Source: Octopus sinensis (taxonomy: Eukaryota). From it: a DNA stretch of 64,000 bases. Shown piece after piece: positions 61,892-64,000 of the stretch; positions within the stretch are counted from its first letter, which is position 1; each line of letters opens with the position of its first letter. The notes under the pieces were generated by a model, which saw only the letters and a program-made list of their open reading frames with translations, searched no databases and was not told where the DNA came from. The translations under genes were made by a program, and so were the position numbers. Location: the NCBI RefSeq assembly GCF_006345805.1, contig NW_021833063.1, positions 1-64,000 of the forward strand, read 5' to 3'.

Positions 61892-61893
<2 letters not shown>
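61655..61893 (-). mobile_element. Penelope-type element in (TA)n with a hammerhead-like motif, paralogue of 34447-34640
   Basis: Minus strand CTTT-CTGTAGA-A-GAGC-GTAG-GCTC-GAGAC-GTA-AAAGAC; locally amplified AAGGAGAGAAAA units. Confidence 0.65.
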
Positions 61894-61927
<34 letters not shown>

Positions 61928-62107
61928 CATATATATATATATATCTTTATTCTATGCTCAAAAGGTAAGTAAAATTCTTCTTAACTATAGTTTTCTTGTT
62001 CTATGCTTGAGTATATGCTGTATGACATAGTTACAGGTCTACTATCAAGAAAGTTTTACATTCCGTAATGATAGCTAAGGATATATATATATATATTATA
62101 TATTATA

Positions 62108-62179
<72 letters not shown>

Positions 62180-62762
62180 GTATATGACTTAGCATTCCTC
62201 TTACCCTTCCAGGTGTCCCACTGATTTCCTTCTCTCATCAAACAATGTTATATTTATTCTTTCTCAAATTTTCTCTTATTCTTCCTTCATTTTCTTCTCT
62301 CCCTGAACTTTCACCTCTTATCCTTCATGCCCTCCCCTTGCTCGGACCTTCCTTCCATGTAACAGTGTTTCACTCCCAAACCCATGCACACCCTTCTATC
62401 ACAAGCTCTACAATCCTCTTGCCCTCCTTTTTACGTCACATTGGAGTCCGCACTCACCTCTCTTTCACACACTCTCTTACACACAATACAATTACACATG
62501 CACAAATACACGCGTGCACGCACGCACGCACACCAACGTCTCACACATCAACTAGCTCATGCTACTATATTGCCACACTTGTATGCCTTAACACACAAAC
62601 ATCATTCCACCCTAATGCTCACCTCAAAACACCTGTACACTTCTATACAGGCACCCGCTCCTTCCTCCTTATTTTAACTCTTCTTCTCACAGAATCACAT
62701 TCCTACAGTGACTGTTTTTCCTTCCTTTTCTTTCCTCTCAACCCTTTTCCTCTTACGCTTTT

Positions 62763-62797
62763 CTTCTGATGAAGGACTAACATCGGAAACGTCACGA
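62763..62797 (+). other. Minimal hammerhead-like motif at the end of a pyrimidine-rich Penelope-type segment (about 62190-62830)
   Basis: CTT-CTGATGA-A-GGACTAACATCG-GAAAC-GTC-ACG; stem II is weak. Confidence 0.4.
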
Positions 62798-63632
62798 CTT
62801 TTACCCTCAGATATTTTAAGCGTTACACAAATTCAATAGTTGTTAAAAGTTATCCTATTGTGCCCGTAGAGTTTATAAAATGTAGGAGAAAGAGAAAGAA
62901 AATGGAAATCATCAGATTTTTTATTAATCACTGCTATCATTTTAACTCATCGTGCATCGATTCCTCACCGATGACACGCTGTACAAACAGTTGTGGTGCA
63001 TCATTAGAATAGATGTGTCTCGTCAGGCGACTTATCAACAGGCACTTTGTTTTTTAATCTCAGTTTCGCCTATTTCAATTAGAATACATCTTGGTAGCTG
63101 TCTATAGATACTCCAATACATGACAAACTTGAGTTAAAATGAAGACTTCTCGTATAAGTAATAAATTGACTTATAAATAAAAGCCGTAAATAAAAGACGT
63201 AAATATTCAAACGTAGCTAAACTAACACAGTTTACAAACTCAGTTGTGAAGTCGTGAAATTCCAGTGTATTTCATTAATGTTTATCTTACTTGGTTATAA
63301 TACTAGCTGTATTCATTTACTCAATGCTTTATGAGAGGACTTTTACTCAATTTCGACGAGCCCGGCTGTAAGGAGAAGTTTCTTTCCCAGCTATATTTTC
63401 AGTGTTATATCTGTGGCTTTTTCAGTTAAGCGTCCGGCATATTGCTCCCTCACAATACCAGTTTATAGTTGATTAAACCCAACCATCATGAATTTATTGA
63501 AGTTTCAGAAATAGATCTAGGATATGAACGCAAGAAAGCTCAATATATAGTAAAGACTATATCGTAGCTAGTTTGATATAATACACACGACACACATACA
63601 CATTCAAACACACACACACAAAGAAAGACACA

Positions 63633-63669
<37 letters not shown>

Positions 63670-64000
63670 GCAAACACGCGCAAGCATGCACCCATACAGA
63701 GATTAGGTCGAAGTCGTTGCGTGAACGTTCGCCAAAAGAAAATTTTCTCTTCAAATATGACTAAATCGTGATACCATAAAGCATTTAATAACACACACAC
63801 ACACACACAGAACGCGTGCATACGTGATTCTAGTCATTGTCGCCGACGTTAAATCATCGACAGAAGAGTCGAGGCTTACCGTCGTTTCACAGAACTATTA
63901 TGCATCATGTTATGCTGTCACGACCATGAAATGTTACTAAACTCTTATTTGAAATTCCGAAGATGAGCAATTTTCTTTTCAACCTTTGCGGTTGAATTTA

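Overview
Repeat-saturated, AT-rich animal genomic DNA. The SINE, microsatellite and transposon repertoire suggests an octopus (coleoid cephalopod) genome, but this is inferred, not verified. One intact protein-coding gene is supported: FANCL (Fanconi anaemia E3 ubiquitin ligase), plus strand, two coding exons 19645-19893 and 22872-23729, 368 aa. The rest is tRNA-derived SINEs (my working labels A, B, C, F), non-autonomous Helitrons, mariner, hAT, piggyBac and Merlin-like MITEs, decayed non-LTR retrotransposons (Tx1/L1, RTE, CR1-like, R4/Dong-like), Penelope-type fragments with minimal hammerhead-like motifs, a U6 snRNA retrocopy and long simple repeats. The most unusual signal is SINE family B, which appears to insert into a fixed GGTATT site of its own relatives and build head-(core-tail1)n-core-tail2 arrays. 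One such insertion carries a captured U6 RNA. Other notable observations are a 2x2 swap of SINE bodies and tails, a tandem SINE array with a 26-bp TSD-like linker, and a (TAA)n tract repeatedly hit by R4/Dong-like elements. All family assignments come from motif recognition by eye. No database search was run, and repeat boundaries are approximate.
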